Below are positions 1 to 13,046 of a DNA stretch of 64,000 nt, one piece after another; positions within the stretch are counted from its first letter, which is position 1; every line of letters begins with the position of its first letter. This DNA comes from Epiperipatus broadwayi. Its lineage: Eukaryota; Animalia; Onychophora. The stretch is from the NCBI GenBank assembly GCA_028023455.1, contig JAQFVV010000005.1, positions 21,700,001 through 21,764,000 on the forward strand, read 5' to 3'. Below the pieces are notes generated by a model. The model did no database searches, had not been told where the DNA came from, and saw only the letters and a program-made list of their open reading frames with translations. The translations under genes and the position numbers were made by a program.

Positions 1-114
1 AACAAAGAAACATTTCATATTAATTAAAATAAGCAGTGGCTATGCTCCTCCCTACTAGAATGAATTTGAAGCTATCTTGGCATCAGCCATTAAATATTCA
101 TTCTTATAAAAATA

Positions 115-320
115 ACTTAAGACTGGAATCAGGGGAAATGTTTTTGAATTTCAGGCCAGTAGCTTAATAATGCCAAAAATAAAAAAAGTATGTTAGATAC
201 AAAAAAAGTATAAGTGCAAAGGACTCTTATATAACACTGCTATAAGTCAGAAACTAGTCTGGCGATATGAATAAGCCAACAGTGGATCAAGATTTAAGAA
301 ACACTACCATCTAGCATTTT
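115..320 (+). repeat. Decayed copy of the 454-nt hammerhead repeat family
   Basis: Keeps CAGAAACTAGTCTGGCGATA (compare CAGAAACTAGTCTGGGGATA at 33141-33160) and the upstream TGTTTTTGAATTTCAG block. The CUGA core is lost. Confidence 0.5.
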
Positions 321-493
321 ATTGATTACTTCATTTTAGAAAGCATTGGGAAAATTGGAATCATGTAATGTTCTTTTTTTTTTTTTTTTTTGGCATTATT
401 AAACATGCCAAACATTATCCTTAAGAGATAGAAGAAAAAAATTAAACAACAATATTAACGATATATGAGCAATAATTATGAATTTTGCCTCAC

Positions 494-677
494 CTTTGGT
501 AATGCTTCTAGTACTAAACTCATGACAGCAGCATCACCGTATTGTTTGTATGCAGCAGCCTTCTGTCGCATTCTCTCCGCTTCTGCTTTACCTACAGCCT
601 CGATAGCAAAAGCTTCAGCACCTCCAAGAGCTTTTATTTTTTCGGCATCTGCTCTTGCGGTTTCAACAGTCATAGTA
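494..677 (-). CDS. FLOT2: Flotillin-2 coding exon (equivalent to human exon 9)
   Basis: Translates (R)TMTVETARADAEKIKALGGAEAFAIEAVGKAEAERMRQKAAAYKQYGDAAVMSLVLEALPK. AG acceptor and GTGAG donor; 184 bp; phase 2 joins the exon at 10206-10420. Confidence 0.95.
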
Positions 678-2479
678 CTTTAAAAAAAATAATCATATTA
701 TACATTTTCATTATTTATTATATAATATATAGGGTATATGAGCACAGACTTTTACATGACCCACCACTCTCCACTCTATCTCATAACACTGATCCACTTG
801 AACACATATATGTCGAAAAGATAAGTAATCAACAATAACTCTATTTTTATTTTTTGTTTGTTTTTCAAAAATAACACATTTAATGAGATTTAAACAATGT
901 ATTAATTTATGAATTTGACAACCCACTATCACGTGGAGCAGTAAATACATAGGAACAAGATATGTAAAAATTATCTCAAAATTCAATGAAGTGGCAAATC
1001 AGAAAGTCAATTTACTATCCCACTAACTTTTTTTTTTCAAGCAGTGTTAATGATATAACATTTTATAGATTGGATATGTATATCAGAAAAATAATCACTA
1101 AAGGTATTCTACCTTGACTCACACTTTCTAAGATGCTAAACCTTGCCAATAATTATACAATCATAGACTAATAGCTCCATTTGATTAGTAAATTACGAAT
1201 CAAAGATCAGTTTTGGTGATGATTTAGCTACTGGCTAATAATAGCCATTAATATACTGACTTACTTTTGCACTTTATAATAAAACAACTATTCCATATCA
1301 TGCCACAATTAAATTATTGACAAATTTCAATTAGAGGGGGGAAAATTTTTCTTCCTATTAAGAAAAATAAACTCTGTTTATCAATTTTTTTATTTATGGT
1401 TCCATGAAAAGATTCCTACAATTTAATATTCCCCCCAAAAACAAACAACTACATGAGTTTTACACCCAAACAATCCTTATTTCATGGATGATCCACTTGC
1501 CAGTGGCTTTAAATAAAGTTGACAGAAATTGGAATTACCAAAAGTACACATATAAAATTCATTATTTGAACTGTACTAAAAATTTAAATGATTAAGAAAA
1601 CTAAGGAAATTCATGGGTTTTGTAAGAAAACTTTGAAAATACAAAGATAAGATTAATATATAAAGTTACAAATACTCCAACATTAAAAAGAATGGCTGAA
1701 ACAAGATTTTATTGAAAAATCAAGAATGAGGGGGTATAATGAATTAGATATGTTCTTAAAGAATTGAAGAATAGTGACACTGAAGGGATAAAAGTAGAAA
1801 AGAAATAAAGACAAATGACAGATGTTTCTTGCAGGAAAAGATTAGTTTTAGGCAAATGAATGGTGGTAGGGAATATTATAAAATTTAAATTAATTTAAGT
1901 GTAATTATAAAAACTGAAACTGGATTAAATCTTTTCTGAAATGTTTCTTCTACCTCTTCAGTTATAGGGCAGGGTGATACTTTTATTAAGTTTATGCCAA
2001 AAGTATTAACTTTCAGCTTTCTTTTTATGCTTTTCCACTATTACAATATGCTTTAAGTGTATCATTGTATTCCAGTGAATTGTATTCTCTTGCTTTTTAA
2101 CTGATATTCTCCTTTATATTTTGCAATATTTCAGACATTTCTGGATGTAACCCATATAATTAATATCAGCAGTTCCTAATCTTTTATGTTCTTAATCTTA
2201 AAGTAGTGAATAGTATATGCCTCAAAACCTTAGCATAAAAGCAGCAGTAGTCAGTAATATTTATTATTTGTAAATTAATACCAATACTACTCCTTAAATA
2301 TAAAGACACATCTAATGTGATGGACTTTGTATATAATGGACAATGATCGTTAAGTGATCAGAAATATATTTTAAAATTTATTAATAATTATTTTTATAGA
2401 AGCCAATCTATTTCTCTTACTTACTTCTGCCATTAACTGTTAACCTGAGCAAGTAGTTGATGCCAAATGGTAATGTTTA

Positions 2480-2550
2480 ATAAATCCCTATCCAGTACTT
2501 CCCTATCCATATCCTCAGACTAATTTCTAACTTGGATCTGGATCTAGTAC
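2480..2550 (-). repeat. Decayed fragment of the hammerhead repeat family
   Basis: AATCCCTATCCAGT...ATATCCTCAGACTAATTTC matches 31650-31696. Confidence 0.5.
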
Positions 2551-2714
2551 AATTGGTTTTTAACAGTCATCTTTTACTCTTTTTTTTTTTTTAAATATTA
2601 AACTACCAGCCTGAAATTCAAAATCATCTTAATGTTTAGAATCTAAGAATTAATTTATATGAGCAGAAGAATTGGAATAAAAGAAATATATTTGCTATTT
2701 AAAAAGTGAGCTAT

Positions 2715-3050
2715 AGGCAGGGGTCATGTGGTATTATGACAATTATTAGATAAAAAATATGTGTCTACTATTATCAAAAATTGAGGATACCAAAATATAT
2801 AGAAACTGAACTGGGTCAAAACTATATAACTATGCAAACAAGTTGGCTTAGATTCAAAACATTAAGATGTTTTTGAATTTCAGACTAGTAGTTTCATTGC
2901 TGAAAGAATGTGCATTGGATTTAAAAAAATTCAAGTGCATTAGATCCAAATCCATAAATCCTCACTGTTGTAAGTCATAAGCTAGCAACTAATCTAGGAA
3001 TATGGAGAGACAACATTAAATAGGAATTTATTAAGCACTATCACCTAGCA
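2715..3050 (+). repeat. Decayed near-full unit of the 454-nt hammerhead repeat family
   Basis: Colinear blocks GGTCATGTG, GAACTGAACTGGGT, ACATTAAGATGTTTT, TAGATCC...CCTCACTG match the unit at 32448-32902. The core has degraded to CTGTTG. Confidence 0.6.
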
Positions 3051-3077
3051 TCTATTAATTACTCAAATCTACACTAG

Positions 3078-3178
3078 ATGGCAGAACTGGAAAATAAAGT
3101 AGCTAACAGATTTTTCTGGGTATAATTACTTGAGAGATTTCTGACTCCGTTTAAGGAGAAGCCACAGTATATCACATG
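3078..3178 (+). mobile_element. Isolated 3' terminus (~100 bp) of the LINE family at 3180-8095
   Basis: TAAAGTAGCTAACAGATTTTTCTGGG...CTGACTCCGTTTAAGGAGAAGCCACAGT aligns with the LINE 3' ends at 8000-8095 and 29117-29215. Confidence 0.7.
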
Positions 3179-3179
3179 T

Positions 3180-6100
3180 CATGCTGTGCTGACATGTCTA
3201 TTCTGTTCCGCAAATTAAGTTAAAGTTTATATATTTCTTTTGCGAATAATCTTCTGAGATCATTGCTATAGAGACTGTTTGCTTAGTGTGTGAAAGTGGA
3301 GAGAAAATTGTGATCAAGAGAGAGAGATTTAATTGGATTTGGAAAGATCAGGAATTGTTAACGTTTCGGCATTTTAAATATATAGTTAAAAAAAAAAAGA
3401 TTCATTTTGTTGAGTGTGTGTTAATGTAAAAAGATTTTATAACTAAGTTGTATGTAAAATTAGTTGGTTTTTAGTAAGTTTGCTGCTAAAAAAATTTTTA
3501 ATCGAAGAAAGAAAGTGATTTATTTGAGAAAGAAGATAAAATTTTGAGGCCTAAGGTTGGGAAACGTGTTTATCAATTGCCATTGAAAGAACTGTAAAGT
3601 TTTTCTCCTTTTGTATAAAGGGGTTTGAAGAATAGGAGAGTAAGTATAAAAGTAACTATAGAGTACATGACTTGAAAAATAAGGAATATTGATTGCATTT
3701 GTATCCCACAATGCATATATAATGGTTAAAAAAAAAAAAATATGCTGTGGTAGAGTGTTCTGTATGTGATGAGATTTATCACTTGAAATGTTTAAATAAG
3801 ACTAGGAAGGATGTAACACGTTTATGGTAATGTAGACAGTGAGTAAATATGATAAAAGATGTGAAAAAGTGGTTTCTAAGTGTAGACAGTTTAAAAAGAA
3901 AAGCAGGAGAAATGGAGCAAAATGTAATTGAGAAGATAAGGTTAGAGTTTGGTTTTAATGAAGTGACAAGAGATATGGATAGAAAAATAAGTAGTGCAAT
4001 GGAGATGGTTAGCCAAAGAATAAGTAAGATAGAGGAAGAGGTAAAGGAAGAAGGTAGAAACAAAATTAAAATCGTTAAGAGATGAAGTGTGAGCAGATAA
4101 AAGAAATATTGAGTAGGAATGATAAAGAAGAAGTAGATAAACAAGTACAAAAGATGGCAGAAAATGTTACAGATGAAGAAGGAAGAGTAGACTATGAAAC
4201 AGTATTCATAGGAGATTCGCTAATTAGAGAATGTGGATTGAAACAGGTATGTAAGAGTATCTTTACCTGGAGTTAGAATTAGGGTTGTTACAGATAAGGT
4301 AAAGAAGCAAGGGAGTAAAAATGAGTATGTTATCATAGGGACTAATAATTTGTCAGAGCCATCAGAGAATATCAGATGAATATATAGAATTGATTAGTAA
4401 TTTGAGTAAGATTGGAAGAGTAAGAACAGTTGGATTATTATTAAGATTTGACAAGAGGTGTGTGTCAGATAGGACATGTTCTAAGAATGAGAGATTGAAA
4501 AAATTGTAAGAGAGAAATGAGATTATGTTTATGGATGTCACTTAGAAAAACAAGGAAATAAAGTTTTAAGGAGTTTTGATTTATAAAGAATATAGTTCAG
4601 GAAACTTATAAAGGGGAGTGAGGTTTTAAATGGTAGTGTTATCAGAAAGAAGAAGAAAGAACAGGATGAAAAAAATAATCAAAGGGTAACTGATTTAGAT
4701 ATAAATGTAGATGTGGAGAGGGACTGGATCTGTAAAATAAATGGTAAGCAAGTTATTTATAAATGTAATGGAGAAGAAAGAGTCAAAAGAATTTATAAAA
4801 GGGTAGTTAGGAAAGAAGAAATTGTTAAAATTGGCAGTTAAAAATGAATAGCTTGAGGTATTAGCAGTAATGGATACACATCTAAGAGAAGAACATTATA
4901 CTGGAAGACTTGGTATGGAGGGTATAAAGAAAAAAGGGGTGGTTGTATAGGAATTATGTCAAAAAATATTTAAATACTGTTAAAAGCCAAAAACATTTAT
5001 GGTTTGAGATAAGGTTAGGAAGACACGAATGAATGGTGGCTATATAGTTTATATGGCTACTGGAAATAGTCAACTATAATCAAGTGGAACAGAAGCATAT
5101 ATGAATGCCTAGTTAAGGATATACAGAGTTTCAAAGAAAAGGGGAAGAAAATAATGGTTATAGGGAATATGAATGGGCATATTGAAGAAATTGATGATGT
5201 AGATAATAAAAATGGACAGCCTTTGAAGAATTTTTGTCTGAGAGTGAATTTGGGCATGGGAAATTTGTCAAATATTTATGAGGGACAATACACATGATCT
5301 AGAAATAATGTATTTCACAGAATATATTATATATTAGTAGAGAAAGAAGGAAGTGAATAAAGTATGGAAAATTAAAGTGTTTGATAATGGAGAGTATGTA
5401 ATAGTGATCATAATTTCTTTATAATAGAAATGGTTAGTAATGTAATGGAAAATAGTAATAAAAGTAGAAAGGATAGTGAATAATGTTGATGAAGAATGAA
5501 TGATAAGGATAAGTTATAAGAATATAAAATAAAAATTGAAGAAACCATGGAAGATTTGGTTGGGGATGAATATAAAAATTGATGTGGTAAAGTAGAAAAA
5601 ATGGAAAATAGGGTTTTAGGTGAGAATATTCAAAACAATACAAGTAATAAAAAAGTGAGAAGTGTAAAAGAGAGAAAAAAAAGCATGTAGAGAATATAAG
5701 TGTGATATTAAGAACAAAGAAAGTGAAAAAGATGTTAATGTTAAATGGGAAAAGTATTTAAAAGAAGTTGGCTAAATAGATAATTATAAAGAGAGAATGA
5801 ACTTAAATAGTAAATTGTTGGAGGACATTAATAAAAGTAGAAGAGATGTGAGTACAAAAATTTTGGAAATACATTAAAAAAAGGAATATAGGGAAGAGAA
5901 AAATAATATTACTAGATGATGAGGGAATAGTGTGTAGTTCTAGAGAAGAATTAGAGGCAATCTTAAATGAGTACGTAATGAATAAAAAAAGATGTTAGAT
6001 GTGAAGAGCAGAGTGGTAACAAACATGAAAGCATATAGTAATGGAAATATTAGGTTTACAGAAAATGAACTGAATGAGGCAGGGAAGAAAATGAAAAGTG

Positions 6101-8095
6101 GAAAGGCAAAAGGTTTGGAGGATGTGCAGCAAAAATGGTAATGTAGGACATAGCGCAAAATTAAAATTATCATGTTTTAATAAGATGGCACAGAAGAAAG
6201 ATTTTCCAGACAGTTGGAATTTTACAAGAGTAAGGCTACTATTTAAAAGAAAGGTAAGGATTATAGAAAGTTAAGCAATTACAGACCGATAGCGGTAACA
6301 TTAGTGTTATATAAAGTTTTCGCATATATGGTGGCTGGAAGAGTCGCAAAATGGATGGAAGAAAATAATATAGAGGGAGAAATGTACGGAGGTTTTTGAT
6401 TGGATAGATATATAGGAGATATTGTAGTTATATAACTTATAGATAAGAGTAGAAATAAAGATAGACAGTTATAAATGGTTTTATAGATATAGAGAAGGCA
6501 GATGATAGAGTAAATAGAAATAGATTATGGGTAATTAGTAAATTTGGGAATGGATGGAGTTTTAGTGGATATTATTAAGAGGATATTATTAAGAGATTAT
6601 AAGAAAATAATTCCTATATGTATTAATTAGGAAATATAGAATTAGTTAAAAATAAGGTAGAACTATGTCACCTATTTTGTTTTGTTGCAAATGGAAAGAG
6701 CAATACAAAGACTAGGAAGAGGGATAGAGATAATAGGCAAGAGAATATATACATTATCGGGTCTTTTATTTGCGGATGAGGTCTTCTTGTGCACAGAAAG
6801 AAGGGAAAATATGGAACTTATGCTGAGGACATGCACAAGGGTGGGTAAAGAGATGGGGATTAAATTTAGTGAGGAAAATCAAAATTAATGATGATCAATA
6901 CTGGGGAAAAAGAAGACAAATAATTTTTATTGGGGGATATAAAGTTAAGTGTGGTGAATAGATATAACTATTTGGGAATCGTCTTAAGTAATCAGAGAAA
7001 TTGCTTGGATGAACGGGAAAAAAAATTGATAAATGAAGCAAAACAAAAAAAGGGACTGATAAAAAAATTAACAGTGTTTTCATATAATAAATATGATGTA
7101 GCTATAATTGTATGGAAGGGAGTGGCAGTAGCAGGGCTAACATATGATAATGATGCATTATGTGTTAGTAAAGGAGTATTAGATTATTTAGAAAAGTACA
7201 AAGAAAAGTAGAAAGACATGATTAGATGCAGATGCGTGATGGCAAAGGAGGCACTTCAAGGAAAAATGGGATGGTCAAGTTTTTATATGAAAGATGCAAA
7301 AAGTGAAAATGTTTGGTAGATTGCAGTTTATGGATAATAAAAAAATAGCCAAAATACTAATTAATTGGCTTATGAGTAAAGGGCAGGCAACAAGACAGGT
7401 GAGAAAGGTAGTACGATATGCAGAAGATTTGGATAAGGAATTTTTGTCAGTATAATTATATAAAAGATTGGAAGATTGTGTTAGGAGAATTGTTGAGTGT
7501 TATAACGGTAAGGAATGGGATAGAAGAATCGATGCATTAATAAAGAATAGGGAGTTGGAGAACTAGTATGGAGAGTAAAAAGTGTTTAAATATATATAGT
7601 AGTAGACGAAATATTGGATGCAAGTTAGTTTATGATAATAGCAAGGATAGTAGTTTACTAGTTAAAGCTCAAACAGGATCTTTAGCAACAAGGGAATATA
7701 CACATAAATATAAATGTGGGTGATTTAATTTGCAAGTTGTATAAGGAAGGCATAGAAAATATTAGGCATCTGTTAATTGAATGCAAACACCTGAAAGCAG
7801 AAAGGATACAAATAATGAAGTTGTGGAAGAATAAATATAAACAAAGTGATTAGACCAAAAGTGAGGTATTTGTTTTTATGCTGGGTTTGGGAAAAGATAA
7901 GGGGGATTTAGATATAAAGGATATGGAGTTGACAAAGATTATGTTGTGGAAATGGGATGGAGCAGGATAGAGAAGAATATGGAAAAACTTAGGGTGGGAA
8001 TGGAAAGGGAAGGTAAAGTGGTTAATAGATTCGCTGGGCATAGTGGCTGAGATTCCTGACTCCGTATAAAAAGAAGTCACAGTGCATCGCATCAC
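3180..8095 (+). mobile_element. Decayed near-full-length non-LTR retrotransposon (CR1/L2/RTEX-like architecture)
   Basis: ORF1 remnants: PHD finger (ECSVCDEIYHLKCL...LW*CRQ), coiled coil, SGNH esterase (FIGDSLIR, IIGTNNL). ORF2 remnants: APE endonuclease (GNMNGH, SDHNF), RT (NYRPIAV, LLFADEV), C-terminal Cys/His knuckle. Many stops and frameshifts. Clade not resolved. Confidence 0.85.
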
Positions 8096-8635
8096 ATATA
8101 GTGTTTCTATTGGTTTAATTATTTTCTTTCTAGTAGATATATATTTAAAAAAGTGATAATTATAATTTTAATTGTTAAATATATTTTTCTTTTTTTTTAT
8201 AAAAATTCTTTATAAAAAAATCAAAATTTTAACAGACTGATTTATTTCATTAATTTTTAAAATACAATAATTAAGTTAATAAAGAAAAGTTAATGAAATA
8301 ATGATAAAACATTTTTCTCAATCAGAAAGTACTGCAGATAATTTTTATTCTCCATTTATTTGATCAAGTAAATACTCTTTTGTGAATAAAAAAAATAGTC
8401 TGAATGTTTTGGACTAATTTAACTAGTTACTTGACAGATTACTTTTCTCAAATGGGGTCAAACTAATTAACAGAAGATAGAATGATTGTATAATAATAGA
8501 TCAGCAATTGTTTTTAAATGAGACCAAAAATTGAAATAAAATATTTCTTTACATTTATCATTTATATTACTTATTAAAAAAATATGTTTAAAGGGATGTT
8601 TGTTTTTAAATTAAATACATCATTGTAAAAGTAAA

Positions 8636-10005
8636 TACACCTGGGTCTCATTTTATGCGATAGATTCCTCAGAAAACACACACAAAAGAAATCGCACAAA
8701 AATAGACGTAACTTACCTTGAAAAAGGGGGGATACGGACTATGATTTTTCAAAAATCGCATAAAAGCAAAGCACCAACGTAAAATTACTTTAAAATTCGC
8801 GCAAAAAAAAAAAATAAGGAAATAAAATATGACTAATAAAAAATTTCAAATTTGAAAAAAATTGATACAAGACAAACTTTTTTTAACTATAATATTTAAT
8901 TTTATTCTAAACAATATATTTTTATGCATAATTTACAGTACAGTAATTTACATTTTTTTATACACGTTTTAATTATTATCGCTATTTGCCGATAAACAGG
9001 TTCGTTTGCAAACTGGTAAAAAATCAGATTCTTCACAAGAGGAAATACAACTAGCATCAACTTCACTCTCGTTGTGTTAATGGTTTTCTGGTGACAACGT
9101 AATTAGTAATTAATCTTTGAGACAATGATTTTATTAATTGTTTATGAAGCTCGCGATATCCAGACATACAACCATTTAGCTCTCGTTGGAATTTAAGAGC
9201 ACGTTCGTGATTAGTGTCATTAATAAGAAAATAATTTGCCAACTGATTAGAAAGTTGAAGACCTTCTCGAATCATTTTTGCAGTGAAAGGAACAGGTTCC
9301 ACTTCTGTTTCATTATCTTTTTCTAGACTGCTGGAAAAAAATTAATTAAAACTAGCAACTAAAAATTAAATTCTTATTTTTGTCTTTAATTTTTTAATTT
9401 TCAATTCTGTTTAAAAATCAAATTTCGTTTCCCATCACATTAATTTCAGGTCGCCTTAAGTAATTTTTAAATTGTTAATTACAATTAAAAATCAGATTTT
9501 AATTTTTAATTGTCAAATTTAATTGTGCCCACTGCTATTACTCACCTTTTAAAAATAAACTTGCGGACACTAAATGATTAATAATTGATTACATTCTTTT
9601 TTAAAAAGCAAAAACAGAATGTGATTTAAAATGCAAAATTAACACGCACAATGTTTGAACAAATTTACATTATAATCTTGTAAAATTTAATGTGTGTACA
9701 TAAAATGTAGAAATCATGATTTTAATTTCATTATTGCATAAAATCTTACTATTATAAAGCACTGCAAATATTGAAATTATTAAGATGAAAGTCGATTTCC
9801 AATAATGTGCTATTACTTTAAATATGACGTAAGTGCGCGAAATTTATTATTTAAAGTAATAGCGCATTATCGGAGTTCGACTTCCAATCTAATACAGTGT
9901 TAACGCATAAAAGAAAACCGCATACAAAAATATTAAGAAAAAATATAAATCGCGTAACTTCAAAATCGCGTTAAATAAATCCGCGTAAAACGAGACCCAG
10001 GTATA
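8636..10005 (-). mobile_element. Tigger/pogo-family non-autonomous DNA transposon (internal deletion derivative)
   Basis: TIRs CCTGGGTCTCATTTTATGCG / CGCGTAAAACGAGACCCAGG flanked by TA. ORF 9063-9302 (DTNHERALKFQRELNGCMSGYRELHKQ) resembles the Tigger transposase C-terminus. Confidence 0.8.
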
Positions 10006-10205
10006 TATCTTATTCACTGGTTGTTGTATCTTGCTTTATTTTCGTTTTTTAAATTGTAACTGTGATATATTTCTTGCTATTTCTTATATTCTATGATTAA
10101 TGTAGATTACATAAACTATAACATTAAATTATTTACTTAAAAATAAGAAGATAATTCTAGATTTAATATAGATGTTTGCAATTACAATTCATTTAAATTA
10201 CATAC

Positions 10206-10420
10206 CGCTTCCCTTGGGCCAACGTTTCTACTTTATATGCTTCTGCCTCAGCAGGAAGTTTCACAGTGGACATAAGTTCTTTTTCTTTACGCAAAATTTC
10301 TTTTTCTTCGACATCAATTAATTTTCTTCTTTCGACAACATCAATTTCGATTTCTTCATTTCGGATTTTTTGTTTTACAACCGCAGCCTGGAGTTCGTAG
10401 GCAAGTTGAGATTCTGCTTT
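10206..10420 (-). CDS. FLOT2: Flotillin-2 coding exon (equivalent to human exon 8)
   Basis: KAESQLAYELQAAVVKQKIRNEEIEIDVVERRKLIDVEEKEILRKEKELMSTVKLPAEAEAYKVETLAQGK(R). ctttag acceptor, gtatg donor; 215 bp. Confidence 0.95.
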
Positions 10421-11616
10421 CTAAAGAAATAAACAGTGAAACTGATGTTTATAAATTTTTTATAAAATTTTATTTAAATTCAAATTTTATTTTCATAAAA
10501 AAAATAAAACTACAAATTAAATCATGATAAACATAAGCTACTGAATAAATCATATTTTAAATGATTAATATAAAAAACAATATTCGAAAAAGTGAGCTCA
10601 TCTTTATAGTAAGCTTTCTCTAGAACCTAGATGTAGTCATTCTTGGGCAATTTGTATTACATGAAAAATTTTGATAAGTATTTGATAACAGTATCCAGCT
10701 TAGTTCTCAATCATGATTATGTGAGAAAAATCCCTATTAACCTTTCTTGATGCATAATAAATTTCAATTATATGATATATACTCTACTAAAAGATCTGAA
10801 GTTCCTATTCTATTTTTATTGTTAAATTCAAATATTGCAAACAAAATCAACATCATTTAATCCCTCCATATCTCCAAAATAGAATGATTTCAACTACATA
10901 TATATTTATATATAATGCACATAGAACACATATCATCAAACGAATGATGCTTCGTTGAGATCCAAAATTTCTTTGGTTGGACATGTTTTATATAGAAATT
11001 TGATAACTACATTCATAATTTAATTAACCAATTCCATTTTCTACGCATATTTTAATGTTTTTCATTCCTTTCACACACTAAGCTATCAATATTTAAAAGC
11101 CAAACTCATAAAACAAAGAGTCAAAATACAGCATTTATCATTTTAATTCTTAACTGAAGTTATATTTTTTAGTATTCATTGAATGATTCACCTGAAGTAA
11201 GCTGCCAAGATAAATATTTGCTGTTTTTATGAATCTAAAACTGTTACCAAAAATGGAAGTCAGTTCTATATAGATGAATGATATATTACGTAGTTCTTGG
11301 TATAAATGTTTTTATAAAATGAAAAACATAACATGAAATTAAGCAGCAAGACAAATGCATTTGAAGTATAATTAAAGAACATTATATAAAATATTTTCTT
11401 CATATTATCAATTTTCGCTAAATCTTTAGTAACCAACCTTCTAATGATGAAACTGATTTTAAAAAATGGAACACTTAGATAATTATGAAAAAAACACAGC
11501 TATTTGATAGGTTCAAATTTGATCATTGTTTAAGTACTTCCTGATTCGGAATGTAAATTTTTCATTGTAGTTGTTATTATTAAATTAATTCTAAATAATA
11601 TTTAATTCTCTTTTCT

Positions 11617-11885
11617 TTAATTATGGTAATTGTTATACACTCATTATAATCGAGTATTAAGAAAAGGTAATATCTAATATTTGAAACTTTTACATTGCAT
11701 TAAGCATACTTTCAGCAGACCACTGCCAGAATTATAGTGCTGTTTAGTTTAGCAGAAGAAAATCAAAGCCTAACAGTGGTCTGCTGGAAAGCATACTTAG
11801 TGCAATGTAAAAGTTGCCAATATTAGATATTACCTTTTCTCAATACTCGATTATAACAAGTGTATAACAATTACTATTAAATTAA
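11617..11885. repeat. Fold-back/MITE-like inverted repeat, ~110-bp arms, 48-nt spacer
   Basis: 11617-11725 is the reverse complement of 11774-11885 with scattered mismatches. Confidence 0.8.
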
Positions 11886-12311
11886 CAAAAATAAAATAGA
11901 GCAACGTTCTTTGCAAAAATCAACAGCTTTCTTACCATTACAACAAATAAATTCATCCTCTAAAAAATTTAGTATTACACAGATGTATAAAAAAAAAACA
12001 TATAGAATTGCTAGTATGTGATGTTTAAAATTCAGCTTGCTATTTAAGAAATAATTGGTTAACTAAAATTGAATGGCTTTAAAATTTCTTCATGTCTGTA
12101 ACGCTAAAATACTTTATAGATGTGGGTAAAAGCAATTGAATATACAGAAACGATGACTAAGTATTTTGTAGTGAAGATCAATTATTCGGGCTAATATTCT
12201 TCTATACTGTTGTAAAACTAGCAAATCATAATAAATCAATCTCATAAATACAATTTATCCAAACCACTTCAAACACTTTTTAGCAAAATTCTTTATTTGT
12301 ACATATACATA

Positions 12312-12350
12312 CACCTACGTTTCGACTGACCTGCAGTCTTCTTCAGAGCT
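12312..12350 (-). ncRNA. Minimal type I hammerhead-like motif (CUGAAGA core)
   Basis: GCT-CTGAAGA-A-GACTG(CAGGT)CAGTC-GAAA-CG-TA-GGT. Palindromic ACGT helix III; weak helix I. Confidence 0.6.
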
Positions 12351-12380
12351 AGTTTATTTTTTAAAAGATCAAAATAAACT

Positions 12381-12418
12381 AGCTCTGAAGAAGACTGCAG
12401 GTCAGTCGAAACATAGGT
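12381..12418 (+). ncRNA. Minimal type I hammerhead-like motif, mirror copy
   Basis: Same motif, with GAAACATA (CpG-type change in the helix III palindrome). Confidence 0.5.
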
Positions 12419-12613
12419 GTATGTATATGTACAAATAAAGAGTTTTGCTAAAAAATGTTTGAAGTGGTTTGGATAAATTGTATTTATAGAATATTACGGC
12501 AAAAATAAAGAAAAGTGTGATTTTGGTAAATCAATCTCATTTTAATTGATTGAGCATTTACAACATTTAACAAGATTTTAAAAATAATAATATTATGAAG
12601 AACTATCACTCAC

Positions 12614-12733
12614 TTTGGCATTGACCTCCATATCAAAATTAGCTTTCTGTAGCTGATATATACGAGAAGAATCTTCTATCTTTGTATCAGCACTATATTT
12701 AACATCCATCGCTAATTTTTCACATTCTGCTTC
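12614..12733 (-). CDS. FLOT2: Flotillin-2 coding exon (equivalent to human exon 7)
   Basis: EAECEKLAMDVKYSADTKIEDSSRIYQLQKANFDMEVNAK. tttag acceptor, gtgagt donor; 120 bp. Confidence 0.95.
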
Positions 12734-12813
12734 CTAAAGTAAAAAAAAAAAAAATGACAATGGAAATCTAAAAATATAAAAATTTATTACAGAAACTGCT
12801 TTTATAAACTTAC

Positions 12814-13046
12814 TCTAATTCCAGCGTCTCTGTTAGCAAGAGCAACTCCAATATCAGCATCTTTCTTTACATTGGCAGTCTGAGCACGCCCAAGAGAAGA
12901 TAAATATTCTACCTTATCATAAACGTCTTTTATCGTGAAGCTGAGGATTTCAATCCCCATACGGCCAACATCAGGAGATGCCACCTCACGCACAAGAGAC
13001 GCAAACTGATCACGGTCCTTATAAACTTCTTCAACGGACAGTGTGC
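12814..13046 (-). CDS. FLOT2: Flotillin-2 coding exon (equivalent to human exons 5+6)
   Basis: (G)TLSVEEVYKDRDQFASLVREVASPDVGRMGIEILSFTIKDVYDKVEYLSSLGRAQTANVKKDADIGVALANRDAGIR, SPFH domain. ttttcag acceptor, gtaagt donor; 233 bp. Confidence 0.96.

Larger units (their letters stand above)
12244..12487. repeat. Near-perfect 117-bp-arm palindrome built from a PLE-type 3' end carrying a hammerhead motif
   Basis: 12244-12360 versus 12371-12487, 10-nt loop, very few mismatches. Confidence 0.9.

Noticed and set aside
465-838. Plus-strand ORFs 465-683 and 542-838
   Set aside because: Antisense shadows of the FLOT2 exon at 494-677.
3779-8095. Minus-strand Phe/Leu/Ile-rich ORFs suggesting membrane proteins
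   Set aside because: Antisense readings of the purine-rich LINE strand.
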